A DNA stretch of 64,000 bases. Origin: Squalus acanthias (taxonomy: Eukaryota). The notes below the pieces were generated by a model. The model saw only the letters and a list, made by a program, of their open reading frames with translations. It had not been told where the DNA came from and ran no database searches. Each line of letters starts with the position of its first letter. Within the stretch, counting starts at the first letter, position 1. Both the position numbers and the translations under genes were made by a program. Where the stretch lies: positions 8,308,001 to 8,372,000 of the forward strand of contig CM059443.1 of the NCBI GenBank assembly GCA_030390025.1, given 5' to 3'. Of this stretch, positions 47,402-60,768 are shown piece by piece.

Positions 47402-48157
47402 GCATTGCGATGGTTTGAGCCGACAGTGGAGCTGTTTCAAGAGATGGACGATTCTAACTAATGTCTTGATGGTGTTTTTCTTCTACTCCCTGTAAATAGC
47501 TGCAGGTGTTTGATTTCAAAATTGTAGTTACATCCAGATCTTGTTATAGTTAGGGTTGAATTTTCTTCTTTAACCCAAAAAAAATGGGAGAATGCTTTGC
47601 TTTTCTCTGTTGTTTAATCAAATCGCAGGTTTTCACAATCTCGCAACATGGATACAGATGAGGGCGGCCGTTTGCCCCACGTTACAGAAATTCCAGCACC
47701 GACGGAGGCCGTTCATCTGATCACACCTCTGCCAGTGCACGTCTTCAACTGGAGCGATCTGCTCGAATATCATTCCCTGTCTATCTTGGCTCATCCATCC
47801 AGAAAGACCCTACTGTCCCCCTGTCACTGTAAATGACTCCTGGGATTTTGTTTCTGTGACCCAATGCAGAAGGTCACTATATGTGACTATAATTACCCTG
47901 GTTTGTATGTGAAGAACTTTCTGACGTCAGTCCTAACTTACAACCTGTGGACCTCCCCCTTCCCCCACCCACCCCTGCATTGTTAATGGCTAATCCACAA
48001 TAGCAGATTTCAGGCTGCAGGCATTCTCCCACATTTCAAAAGAAGTGGAATTTCAACCCCACTGTGCGTTTTCCCCCCACTCGCTACATATTTTGTTGAG
48101 ATGTTGTATTGATTTTAAATTATGTATATTAAGTGCTGTATTTTACTACAAATCTAT

Positions 48158-48273
48158 AATAAAAGATTTTTTGTTTTTTTTGTGGCCAAGTGCAAAAGTT
48201 ATTGAAATTCATATTTTGTATTTATAGGTATAATTATTCATGTGATTATATGATCTGTGAAATATGTAATAAA
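48158..48273 (+). terminator. Candidate YJU2 polyadenylation signals
   Basis: AATAAA at 48158 (followed by a T/GT-rich tract) and at 48268. Confidence 0.6.
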
Positions 48274-48911
48274 CGTGTAAATAGAATATGTTACATACAT
48301 AATTGGAATATCTATTATATATTAAATCCAATGCATGGGGCATGCACTTCATTTAAAATTTATAAGTAGCTGTTCCTCCTGTAGGTGGTGTTGTAATAGG
48401 CCTTTTCAGTGTTAAAGGTGTCACATTGTGAGACACAATATTTTGTGGTATTTTATAGTACGGGCATATCGCCCTGTGGCTGCACAATTTTGTCACCAGG
48501 TTCCATTGATTTTTTTTTTCATCTGCCATTTTTATCTCAGCGACTGATCTAGCTTTTGTGTCTTTTACTTGAAAGCCTCTCCCAAAAGCCTGAGTTTGGA
48601 CTTGTTACTTGTACCCAGAGCTGAGACTCTTGAGCTAAATTCGGATTGTGCCATCTGAGCGTGTGTCATGTGCCTAATTTCCCACGATGCACCAGTGACG
48701 TTAAGTCGGATATACTGATAGACTATTATTAGAGATTAGTGTTGGGAGGGGGAGAGGATAGAATATCTTCAGTTAGTTATTTCAATTTTTAAAAAGACTT
48801 GAAGTTTGAAGTCAACGGATTGTCTGACCTGTGTTGATGGTGAGAAAGAAAAATCAATCCTAATTGTTTACACCCGTGTGTGTGACAGATTCTAGTTTTT
48901 AACAAAAAAGA

Positions 48912-49127
48912 AAGACTTGCATTTATACAGCGCCTTTCACGACCACCGGACATCTCAAGGCACTTTACAGCCAGTGAAGTACTTTTTGGAGTGTAGTCAG
49001 TGTTGTAATGTGGGAAACGCGGCAGTCAATTTGCGCACAGCAAGCTCCCACGAACATCAATGTGATAATGACCAGATAAGCTGTTTTTTTAGTGATGTTG
49101 ATTGAGGGATAAATATTGGCCAGGACA
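48912..49127 (-). mobile_element. DeuSINE 3' half
   Basis: Reverse complement of the family tail and core. Confidence 0.8.
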
Positions 49128-50865
49128 GTTCTAAGACGGAGGGAGTTAAAGACGAACGGGCAATTCTGGCCCCCTCGATCTGATTAATGTTTTAAAAATT
49201 GAATTTTGAAAGCAATTCGAGCCCCTTTCAGGGAAACCTAAAAATGGAGGGTAAGAGAGAACCTGGTTAATGGTGGGGGGGGCCTCTGGCCCCCATTCTG
49301 GGGGCTTGATAAAGGACCTTGGATAAAGGTGAGTTACGGTGGCGGGGAGAATATATGGAATTAGTGAGTCGTTCACAGGAGGAGTAGTGATGGGGGTAAG
49401 AGGATGGTAGAAAGCTGTGGGAAGATGAAGGGATGGGGGAAGCATAACTGATTTGGGGAGGGGATGAGACAGCAGTTGCTGAGGGCCACATTTTCTGATC
49501 AGTCTCCACTCTAACTGCAGCTGTTGGTGGCTCCTTTCCCTGCCGTACTGCCCACCTGAAAGGAATAGAAGATAGACCAGGGAAGTGAAATGAGTTGCTG
49601 GCAGAGAAGAGAGAGAGACAAGAATGACTTTGCAAAACACAAAGACATCAGTAAAAGAGTGACTATATTCTCAACTTAATGCATGCAATGTCATTGATAG
49701 ACATATGCATAACTGATGAGTAATTATGCATGTAATTGGAATATACATAATTGATGTATGCAATTAGAATATTCATAATTAGAATATATGTAACTAATAT
49801 GATTAATTGTACTTCACACAAAGTTTATAAATGGTATTGTGCACCTGGGCTGTGACTAAAGTCTACGGCTACGAGGGATATTTACTTTGGGGAAAAGCAG
49901 TTCGGAGGTAATCTTAATGTCATATTTAAGATCTTCAAGGGAGCAGGTAAACTGCATCCCAGAAGAGGTTCAATATTAAGCTCTAGGACAAAGGGGACAT
50001 GGATCCAAACTTATACCCGAGACATTGAATACACTGTTAAGGCATAACTTCACAAGGTAAACATGTGGAATGGCCATCCCAGGGAGGCAGAGAAGTGGAG
50101 GATCTTACACCTTTTAAGAGGGTGGTGACAATATTTATGTCTAGTGATGCAACATGAGTAGCCACGGTCTTCTGAAGCCTTGGGAAGTTGGGAAGGAATT
50201 TTCCAGAGTTTTTCCTGAAATTGGTCACAGGTTTTTTCCTGGTTTGTTTCCTTTACCCCAGGAGCTCGCATTACTAGTGGTAGAGAGGGGGTGCATGTGT
50301 TTAAACAGTCTCATGGATAGGGTGAGCATAGATAGGCCTGATGTTTGTATGATAGTACAGCGGAGACATGTCATGCCATCAGCTAAAACAGAACGTTGCA
50401 GCCTTGTAGTCCTGTCCTGAAGATGCTGAGTTCCCCATGGGTTTTGTTCCATGGGGGCTGGGCTTCGTCCAAGTAGCCATTCTCCACATGCGAGTCCAGA
50501 CAGTGAGGGTCAGCAGGCTGGTCTGTTGTGAGTGTCATTGCAGCTGGGCCTGACACTGACATATGTGACACTTTGTCACTGGATAGCATTCAAGAGCAGG
50601 AACACTTGCTGACTTTTTTTCCCCCAGCCCAGGGGTCCCGAGACCAATTGTACCACCCCTCCTAGCTGAGCTCAGCTAACCCAGCACAGACCAAGGATCA
50701 AATCTGAGACCTTTTAGTCTCTCTAGTTCAGTTCACATTGGACAGTGGCTGAACTGGGGGATTCAAATCTTGTACAGCAGATTAATAGCTTTTCCTTAAC
50801 AGGCCTTTGGATATTTATTGTATCTGGAAGGCATGCACTGGACATCATTGCATATTTAGGATATG

Positions 50866-51333
50866 ATGGGGCATTCAGCCTCGGATATGCGGGTAAGCGT
50901 TCTCCAAGGCGGCCTTCGAGATACACGACAGCGCAAAATCATAGAGCAGAAACTGATAGCCAAGTTCCGCACTCATGAGGATGGCCTCAATCGCGATATC
51001 GGGTTCATGTCACGATACAGAACGTGACTTGACATCATGGCCGGTCTTCCCAGGTGTTTTTTTTTAAAAAGGCTAACACAAGAACCTACACAGATTGACA
51101 GGATATGCAGCCAGCAGGTGGTTTGACACGTTGGACCCCCTGGGACACATCTCATTGTCTTGGCTGTGCTCTTTGATGTAGGAAAGATTTGAATATATTT
51201 TGTCTGTGTTTAAATTGTGAATTCTGGGAGATTCTCTCACTGCTAAACTTACCTGACGAAGGAGCGAACTGCTCCGAAAGCTTGTAAAATTAAATAAATC
51301 TGTTGGACTATAACCTGGTGTTGTGCGACTTCT
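50866..51333 (+). mobile_element. Penelope-like 3' fragment (GIY-YIG C-terminus, pseudo-LTR, hammerhead at 51249-51287)
   Basis: Highly similar to 22033-22512; 15-bp TSD catatttaggatatg. Confidence 0.92.
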
Positions 51334-51439
51334 CATATTTAGGATATGGAATACAGAACTAAGTACAAATGCAATAAAGCTCTTCACAACTAAACAGCAC
51401 AGGACAATTACCTAAGCGATTGTAAGGCAGCATTCTAAT

Positions 51440-51562
51440 CTGATGAAGGGTCCCAGACCTAAAACGTTAACTCTGTTTCTCTCTCCACGGATGCTGTCTG
51501 GCCTGCTGAGTGTTTCCAGCATTTTCTGTTATTTCAAATTTCCAGCATCCGCAGTATTTTGC
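51440..51562 (+). mobile_element. Second Penelope-like family 3' end, hammerhead mutated (GAAA->AAAA)
   Basis: ctgatgaagggtcccagacctaaaacgttaact...; matches 27233-27358. Confidence 0.7.
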
Positions 51563-52886
51563 CATTGTATTCTAATCTTGGGGTCTGAATGACTTAATTA
51601 ATCACCCGAACTTACTTTTGTAGTTTGATGTTATCTGGCCCCCTTGAATAGATCACTGCCAAGTATCCATTCTGTATCTAAAGAGGAAGTTGTAGCAGTT
51701 TTATTCTAAAATATTACATTAGCAATATTATTGGATAAGTGTAGCTCCCAGGTGACATTGGGTCCCTGTTTAGACCAGTCAGACTATCAGAACTCATTAT
51801 ACTTTATTGAACAGTTGTCTTCTTTCCCCTCTGCTCCTCCTGTGAAGCCGTTGATTGCTGCTCAGTTACAGTTCAGCGGGAGTTGGCACTATAACAGGAA
51901 TCCTTGGGCTGGCCAATTGAAACTCCCAAATTATTGCCCCCAGCTGAAGTCATGCAATTCGAGACAGACTGTGGATCAAAGTTGGGGTCTTCCAGATCTC
52001 TATGAAGGGATCTTCTCATTACCCTGGTTAAAATCACTGTTTACGGATCCCTTTCAGGCAGCTGGATAGGGACAGAACCGCAGGCGTGTATATGTAATAA
52101 ATCATTGTTGGTTATGTATGTGTGTGGGTGACTAGGGCATCCTCTAAAAGGCTATCCGGGTAATTCCACACAGTCAGCGGATAAGAAGTGAGGACGTCCA
52201 TTATTTGTTAGCACTGGTGTGTTTTTATAAATTGGGCCTTGGGCTTTTGTCTAGATTTCTCAAAGTGCAGGATCACCAATGTTAAGAATAGGAGAGAAGA
52301 GCCGCTGAATCAGTGAGGTAATGGTGGAGGAGATATATTGGAGGAAGATGGTGTGGTCGACTGTGTCAAAGGCTCCAGAGAGGACGGGTGGAATAATGCA
52401 CCACGGTCACAGTGTCCTTCATTACTTTGGTTCGGGCTGTTTCAGTGTTGTGGTAGGGGCAGAAACCTGATTGGAGAGATGCAAACAGGAGTGTGGGAGA
52501 AATGGGCACGGATTTTTTTTTAAATTTGTTCCCGAGATATGGGCGTCACGAGCAAGGCTCCATTTCTTGCCCTGAAAAGGTGGTGGTGAGCTGCCTTCTT
52601 GAACCACTGCAGTCCTTGTGGTGATGGTGCTCCCACACTGGTGTTAAGTGGGAATTCCAGGATAACGGTCCAGTGAAGATGAAGGAATGGTGAGGATATG
52701 TGTCCAAGTCAGGATGGTTTGTGACTTGGAGGGGAACTTGAAGGTGATGGTGTTCCCGTGGTTTGGCTGCTCCTGTCCCTCTCAGTGGCAAAGCCGAGGT
52801 CTTAGGTCCTTAGAAACTACTGCTATTGTCAAAATAAATGCGATCATCTTGACTTAGTGAGTCTGAGATGAGCCAGCTGACACACT

Positions 52887-53019
52887 GGGGGTCATTTTAA
52901 CCTATGTCGCCGGGCAGGAAACCCACTCAATGGAGAGTAAAATCGGGCGGGGTGTGAAACCAGCATTGCTCCCAATCCTGTCAGTTTCCCGACGGGGGAG
53001 TTAGGTTAAAATTACCCCC
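52887..53019. mobile_element. 133-bp PIF/Harbinger-type MITE
   Basis: 17-bp TIRs GGGGGTCATTTTAACCT / AGGTTAAAATTACCCCC (one mismatch), flanked by act/att. Confidence 0.75.
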
Positions 53020-54069
53020 ATTGTTTCAGGTCGAAGTGGCATACGAGCAGCAACATTCTACAAACTTGTCCATCCAGATTTAATACACATTTCTCCTCCC
53101 CCACCCCACACACCCTCCGAACGCTGTTGCAATGTTTTTTAGTATAAATTATACTCAGAACGTTTCCACGGCACAATGGTCAGAAATCCCGAAACATGGC
53201 AACCCAACCATACACTGAATGTATTATTCTGCTGCTGAGGTGGAGCTGTGTTTAAGCTGGTCCTGATTGCAGGAAATCCTGATATCAATTAGCGGTTAAT
53301 TGCTGTTGGCGAGGGAGGTTTGCAGACTGGCAGGTCCGTGTAAATTTCCAGCTCAGGCCAGCACAAACCAGCCTACAATAACCGGCCTTTCTTTAAATGC
53401 TTCTGACACTTTGCAGTGTGACATATGGAAATATGACAGACATGCACCGCACGCAAGACCTTCTTTACTTGTATATAGCCACACCCCAAATTTGTGCTCT
53501 ACGGTCCCACCCTACAGAAAAAAATTATTGAAAAACTGCAAATAGGCTGCACCCCAAACTAAAACTGATTTTTTTATACACTTAAAAGTGCAGCTTATAT
53601 TCAAGTAAATACGGTATGTTGATATTTTGTCACCTGTTATAGAATACTGGTGAATTAGTCACATGGAGACCTGCTATTTTGGGCTTCCTGACTTCCTTCT
53701 GTTGCAGTGATGATGTTGCAAAGCAGGGACCACGGGCATCCCAGAGCAACTCAATTCACAGTAATGGGGGCTTTACACGTCAGAGGACCCTGGGAGCGGA
53801 CCCGGAGCCACACTACCCTGGAAAAAGCCCACTATCGGCTTGCTACTACCCACATACTGAGCTGGTAGAGAACTGTCAGCAATCGGGTGGCTGCAGATTG
53901 GCTGTCAGGTCTGCCATAGGTGGCGCCCCCATGCAGTGGATGGAGGTATTCCAGAACATACGCAGCCACTCCAGTCAAACTTCAGCCCGCCTTGACCCCA
54001 CCCAGTCTCTGCCTAGAATAATAATAAATCAATAGAATTATATATTTGTCACCTATTACAATATATGTG

Positions 54070-54320
54070 ATGGCACTATTTCGAAGAAGAGCAGGGGAGT
54101 TATCCCCAGTGTCCTGGCCAATATTTATCCCTCAACCAACATAACAAAAACAGATTATCTGGTCATTATCACATTGCTGTTTGTGGGAGCTTGCTGTGCG
54201 CAAACTGGTTGCCACGTTCCCCACATTACAACAGTGATTCCACTTCAAAAAGTACTTCATTGGCTGTAAAGCACTTTGAGACGTCCGGTGGTAGTGAAAG
54301 GCGCTATATTAATGCAAAAT
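54070..54320 (+). mobile_element. DeuSINE 3' half
   Basis: atggcactatttcgaagaagagcagggg core through to the tail. Confidence 0.82.
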
Positions 54321-54562
54321 CTTTCTTTCTTTCTTTCTTTTATGTGCTCCCCCAATGAGCTATTTGGTAAAGGCAGTGTCGGGGGTATACAGATCAGGCG
54401 TTCCGTGCCGAGGTACCTGATCTCTGTTAGGGTGGCGGCACAGATGCTACAATTGGCCTCAGTGTCCCTTGGCTGAAGGGGGGGCAAGTCAGCCAGGGCT
54501 CCTGTCCCTGATCACTAGCTAGTCACCCTTTCTGGACATTGGTCGAGAAAAAGAAAGAAAAA

Positions 54563-55023
54563 CGTGCATTTATATAGCGCCATTCACGACCACTGGATGT
54601 CCCAAAGCGCTTTATAGCCAACAAAGTACTTTTTTTTTGGAGTGTAGTCACTTGTTGTAATGTAGGAAACGCAGCAGCCAATTTGCGCACAGCAAGCTCC
54701 CACAAACAGCAATGTGATAATGACCAGATAATCTGTTCTAGTGATATTGATTGGGGGATAAATATCGGCCAGGACACCGGGGATAACTCCCCTGCTCTTC
54801 TTCAAAATAGTGCCACGGGATCTTTTACGTCCACCTGAGAGAGCAAACAGGGCCTGGGTTTAACTTCTCATCCAAAAGATGGCACCTCCAACAGTGCAGC
54901 ACTCCCTCAGCACTGCACTGGTGTGTCAGCCTAGATTTTGTGCTTAAGTCCCTGGAGTGGGACTTGAACCCACAACCTTCTGACACAGAGGCGAGAGTGC
55001 TGCCCACTGAGCCACAGCTGACA
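54563..55023 (-). mobile_element. DeuSINE, full length
   Basis: tRNA head tggctcagtgg / ggttcaagtccc, core and tail. Confidence 0.87.
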
Positions 55024-56302
55024 TAGCTGAGCAGGAGAGGGCTCTGATATGATGCCCACCGTGGTTGAATATTCTGCTGACTTTCACTGCCTGGAAGAAA
55101 AAGAAGTTGCATTTATCTAGCTCCTTTCACATCCTCAGATGCTCCAAAGTGCTTCACAGCCAACTAAGTACTTTTAAAGTGTCGTCGCCATGGTAATATA
55201 GGCCAACACGTGAAGAATGGCCGCGGAGGGGTGGTCAGTACCCTAGCAACAGTCAGCGCTTCAGAAGAGGGGAGACACTCAAAGCTCAAAAACACATCAA
55301 ATTGTAGCCTAAATGTCTTACCATTTCAGGCCTCCTTCCCAGGTGCTGCAGTGAGCTGAGGGAGCGAGGGAGCACAATAAAAATGTAAGGGAGCAGCCAA
55401 CTGCAGCCTGCCATTGAATGGATTATCCTCGTGATTAAAATGGTCACTCCAGCCACTATAATTTCATTCCTTCAGGATAATGGAATGAAATCACATCGAC
55501 CCTTCACGGTGCAAAGAAAATACAGGGCTGGGAAGCTGAAATCACAATGTTTCAATGGTACTTTTCTTGCGATATTACGAATTGTGACAGTAATACTGAA
55601 GGGCCCAACATGACATCCTTATCTCACTTGACGTAGATATCTACTCCCTTGTGGAATCTTTGCTCCTCTAACAGAACTGAACATGCATATATATTGTTTT
55701 TTGGCAAGGAAGACAGCAGATTATTTTACCCTGTTATGTTTTGAATTCAGTGGCATTTTTTTTTATTAAGTTACAAATCATTATAATTTCAGGCTGTCAC
55801 ACACTTGCAACGCACATTAAATCAACATTTTTCTTTTGAAAATCATATTAAGTGAATGATTATGAGATTACCCGAAGGGAGAGTGGAACCAAATTGAGAA
55901 AATGGAATGGAAAAATGTCAACAACATTCTGTGTTGTCCTCTGTAATAGATTTAAGTGATTTACTCTTTCAATCTTCAGGCTGACAACCCAATTTCTAAC
56001 AGGGCCGTGGAGTGTAACTAAGGCTGGCAATATTATAAATCACCCTGCTCGCTGTGACCACATTCAGTAGAGTCACAGAGGCAAAACTGGGTGTCACAAT
56101 TTTTCACAAGTCTTCATCTCTCTGTCTGTCTCGAAATACTGGAACCACCCCAACCCCTACCCAGTGATTCCGTGAGTTTATCCAATGATTGGCAGACTCC
56201 TGCTCATTAGGAAGGTCTTGGTTCATTTCCCAGTCTGCCTTGGTTAGCTGACCTCAACCTGGACATTTGGGGCCCTACAATTGGCCACACCTGCCCCTGA
56301 GT

Positions 56303-56745
56303 GTCAGCTGTGGCTCAGTGGGTAGCACCCTCGCCTCTGAGTCAGAATGGTTGTGGGTTCATAGTCCCACTCCAGGGACTTGAGCACATAAAGCTAGGCT
56401 GACGCTCCACTGCAGTGCTGAGGGAGTACTGCACTGTCGGAGGTGTTGTCTTTCGGCTGAGATGTTAAATCTCTCAGGTGGACGTAAAAGATCCTGTGGC
56501 ACTATTTTGAAGAAGAGCAGGGGAGTTATCCCCGGTGTCCTGGCCAATATTTATCCCTCAACCAACATAACAAAAACAGATTATCTGGTCATTATCACAT
56601 TGCTGATTGTGGGAGCTTGCTGTGCGCAAATTGGCTGCCGTGTTTCCTACATTACTGCAGTGACTCCACTTCAAAAATACTTCATTGGCTGTAAAGCGCT
56701 TTGAGATGTCCGGTGGTTGTGAAAGGCGCTATAGAAATGCAAGTT
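56303..56745 (+). mobile_element. DeuSINE, near full length
   Basis: Same head, core and tail. Confidence 0.87.
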
Positions 56746-56869
56746 TTTCTTTTTCTTTTCTGAGATAGGGAGGGGAGTGATCAGTCAAGGTGGGTGAGTA
56801 GAGCTTGGTTGAAGATACCATCAGGTTCAACTGCGATTGACGGCCTCTAGTTATGCTCTTCCCCACAAG

Positions 56870-57370
56870 TTGTATTTATATAGCGCCTTTAACATAGTAA
56901 AATGTCCCAAGGCGCTGCACAGGAGTGTTATAAGACAAAAAATTTGACACCGAGCCACATAAGGATAAATTAGGGCAGGTGACCAAAAGCTTGGTCAAAG
57001 AGGTAGGTTTTAAGGAGCGTCTTAAAGGAGGAAAGAGAGGTAGTGAGGTGGAGAGGTTTAGGCAGGGAATTCCAGAGCTTAGGGCCTCGGCAACAGAAGG
57101 CACGGTCACCAATGGTTGAGTGATTATAATCAGGGATGCTCAGGAGGGCAGAATTAGAGGAGCGCAGATATCTTGGGGGGTTGTGGGGCTGAAGGAGATT
57201 ACAGAGATAGGGAGGGGCGAGGCCATGGAGGGATTTGAAAACAAGGATGAGAATTTGAAATCGAGGCGCTGCTTAACCGGGAGCCAATGTAGGTCAGTGA
57301 GCACAGGGGTGATGGGCGAACAGGACTTGGTGCGAGTTAGGACACGGGCAGCCGAGTTTTGGATGACCTC
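56870..57370 (-). mobile_element. L2-type LINE 3' fragment
   Basis: IQNSAARVLTRTKSCSPITPVLTDLHWLPVKQRLDFK. Confidence 0.85.
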
Positions 57371-59199
57371 ACGTTCACGTGTCAGAAGACACTCAGATTT
57401 GGTCTTATTAGGACAAACGGTCAAGGCCACTGGCTTGTGGTTTTTCATGGGAAAAAATAGAATTGAGGAATGCAATCCCCAAAACACTTTCATAAAACAA
57501 AAAGCAGGGAAATACCATAATCCCACATAACGAAAGCCGAGGCTGGGGGTCAAATGAAAATTTCCAAACTGAGAATGAGAGATTTTTGTTAGGCAAGGGC
57601 ATTATTACGGAACCAAGGCGGGTAGATGGAGTTAAGATACAGATCAGCCATGATCTAATTGAGTGGCGGAACAGGCTTGAGAGGCTGAATGGCCTCCTCC
57701 TGTTCCTCTGAATTTGACTTATTTCAGTGGTTGGCATTCATTCCTAAACAGACCAGAAGGTGGTGCTGTCTCCTTGGGAAGCTCAGCGTTCCATGTCTCA
57801 TCGACTCCAGATTGCACAGCAGGCCCTCCAGACGCAGATTCAGTTTTGGTTCCAGATGATGCGTTGATAATTTTACATAATGTTTCTGCAGGATAGAAGG
57901 CAGGCGTTGTACTCGTGCTCTGCGGCAGCTGTTCTCATTAAAGGAGCTTATTAGCGTGAAAGAACCAGGGACAGCCCACAATGCAACTGGGAGCGGAGCT
58001 GGGGTTAGTTTGAACATCGAAGTGTTTTTTTCCCCTATTACTGGGGGAATGTGACTGGCACATCTCCCAGCCGCATTATCTCCACCGTTGTGTTTCTTTA
58101 TCCTGCACTTTCCTCTCCCGAAGCTGCTGCCTCACACCAGGGTCTGGTTTCCAAGGGCAGCCCTTCCTGTACCGTGCCCAAGTGACCATTCTTCCATGTG
58201 TCAGCCCAGACAGCGAGTGCCAGTCGGCAATTCGAATATGGGGGGCATCACAGTTTGGGCCCAATCCACGCTCTCTCCCCCACCCCCCCACATCTACACA
58301 TATACAGTATCCAGAAGGTGGAGCAGGATAGCAATCAGGAGCAGGGACCCAGGATTATAATTATTTTCCTCCTCTCCTGCCCCAGCCTCGGGGCACTGGG
58401 CCAAATAATAGCACCTCCCCTGCTGCCCCAGCTGAAATCAGCTCACTCAGCACAGACTGTGGATCTGTGAGGTCGAGTGCCACACTGGGCAGTCCATGTA
58501 AACCATTGAGCTCTCCACCCAGGACATCCAACTTGATGCAACGAAGTCACCACACAGCAGCAGCTCCCTGTTTCCAAAATGAGACTTGCATTAATCCCCC
58601 CCCACCCCCCCAAGGTGACTCACTTCCTTCAAATGATGAAAAGTCTTTATGTTTAAAACATCAAAGGCCTCTGAACGATTCTTCTTGCGACGCTTCACAT
58701 TGAATATTCTTCAAACCAATCGACCCATTTTTTCCCCCCCTCTCCTTCCGCACCTCATTTCGAACAAGGGGAAGCCGAATATCTGAAATAAGAACAGAAA
58801 ATGCTGGAAACACTCGGCAGGTCAGGCAGCATCTGTGGAGAGAGAAACATTTCAGGCCGATGGCCCTTCGTCAGAACTGGAAGAAGGGGCACTGGCGTGA
58901 AGGTGGCACTGTCGGAACAGACGTGACGCAGACGGAGAACCTGGGAGGATGAATTGCTGTCAATTTTCGAGGATTTTAGGCAGGCTTGGAAACCTGCGTC
59001 AGGGGGGCCGCAATGCCATTGGTCCCAGTTCGGTCAGGGCGCTGACACTAAGCAGGGCAGCTGACAGGGAGAGCTGCTATTGGCTGCACTCCTGTAATGT
59101 GATAGTGCCTATTGTGTGAGCACCGTCCCCAGTCATGGAACGTCTCAAGACCCAGGCCACAGTTTCAGTAAAAAGACCCATTTCTCTTATTGGCCTGTT

Positions 59200-59550
59200 G
59201 CACTATTGAGGGGTTTTGATCGAGTAAGTAAGGAGTAACTGTTTCCACTGGCAGGAGGGGCGGTAACCAGAGGACACAGATTTAAGGTAATTAACAAAAG
59301 AGTCGGAGGCGAGATGAGGAGGCAATGTTTTACGCAGCGAGTTGTTGTGATCTGGAATGCACTGCCCGAAAGGGCGGTGGAAGCAGATTCAATAGTAACT
59401 TTCAAAAGGGAATGGAATAAATACTTTAAGGGGAAAACTTTGCAGGGCTATGGGGAAAGAGCGAGGGGAGTGGGACTAATTGAAAAGCTCTTTCAAAGAG
59501 CCGGCACAGGCACGATGGGCCGAATGGCCTCCTTCTGTGATGTATGATTC
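59200..59550 (+). mobile_element. CR1 3' end
   Basis: FTQRVVVIWNALPERAVEA motif and tail. Confidence 0.82.
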
Positions 59551-60639
59551 TACGAATATTATTAAATTAGTACCACAGGAGCATAATCAGACAAAAGAGC
59601 CAAAGAGGGAGATGTTAGGACAGGTGACCAAACGTTTGGTCCAAGAGGTGGGGTTGAAGGAGCGACTTCAAGGAGGAGAGAGAAGGAGAGAGGCGAAGAG
59701 GTTTAGGGAGGGAATTCCAGAGCTGAGGGCCTAGACGGCTGAAGGCACGGCCGTCAATGGTGGGGCAAAGAAGTGGGAGATGCACAACAGGCCAGAATTG
59801 GAGGAACGCAGAGTTGGGGGGGGAGGAATTTCAGCTGTGCTCCATTATAAAATCTGCTAAACCTAACAAACTCGGCTGTGATGTTCACACCCTCTCACCC
59901 TCGGCTGAATAATCTGTTACCCATTAACTCTCGCCTCTGCAGCAAGGTACCTGTCAGGGCCTGGCACCTGCGGAACTGTGTCCTTGGGAATGGGGTGGGG
60001 GATGGTAGATCATTATTGCTATCATATGAAATGGTGGCAATTTTTATTTATAAAGGAAGCAGAGAGCAGATGCTGTACTTACAAAAAAAAAATCAAACAA
60101 AATAATGGCCTTTTCCAAATAAGTTTCCTGCAGGATTTATTTAAGAATTTGGGAAATGCTATTTTAATTCTAATATTCCTTCCAACAAACCATTTGCAAA
60201 TTTGCGTTCCTATAAAGCACCTTTACAAAAATATCTCAAAGCATGAGCCCATTTTTTGAAGCGCGGTTACTATTGTTATGTAGGCGAACGCAGCAGCCGG
60301 TTTGTGCACAGCAAGATCCCACAGACAGCAATGGGATGAACAAACAATTGACCTGTTTTTTGGTGGTGGATGGTTGAGGGAACGAGTGTTGGCCAGGACA
60401 CCCCGGGCCGGGGGGGAGCTCCCTGCTCTTCTTGGAGTAGTGGTACTGGATCTTAAGCACCCAACCCAACAAGCAGGCTGGGCCTCGGTTTGACGTCCCA
60501 TTTAGTAAGGCACTGATGTGCCAGCCTAGATCACGTGCTCACGTCCTTGGGCAGGGGCGTCTGCCTACTCAACAGCACCTGCTTCAAGCTCCTTGACACA
60601 TTTCAATGTGATAATTAATCTGATAATGAGCATTTATTA

Positions 60640-60768
60640 TAAAATACGGCGGATGCTGGAAATCTGAAATAACAACAGAAACTGCTGGAAACACTCAGCA
60701 GGTCAGGCAGCATCTGTGGCGAGAGAAACAAGAGTCAACGTTTCAGGCCGGTGACCCTTCCTCAGAAT
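60640..60768 (-). mobile_element. Second Penelope-like family 3' end with hammerhead core (60733-60768)
   Basis: Reverse complement attCTGAGGAagggtcaccggcctGAAAcgttgact; a damaged sibling lies at 58780-58885. Confidence 0.7.
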
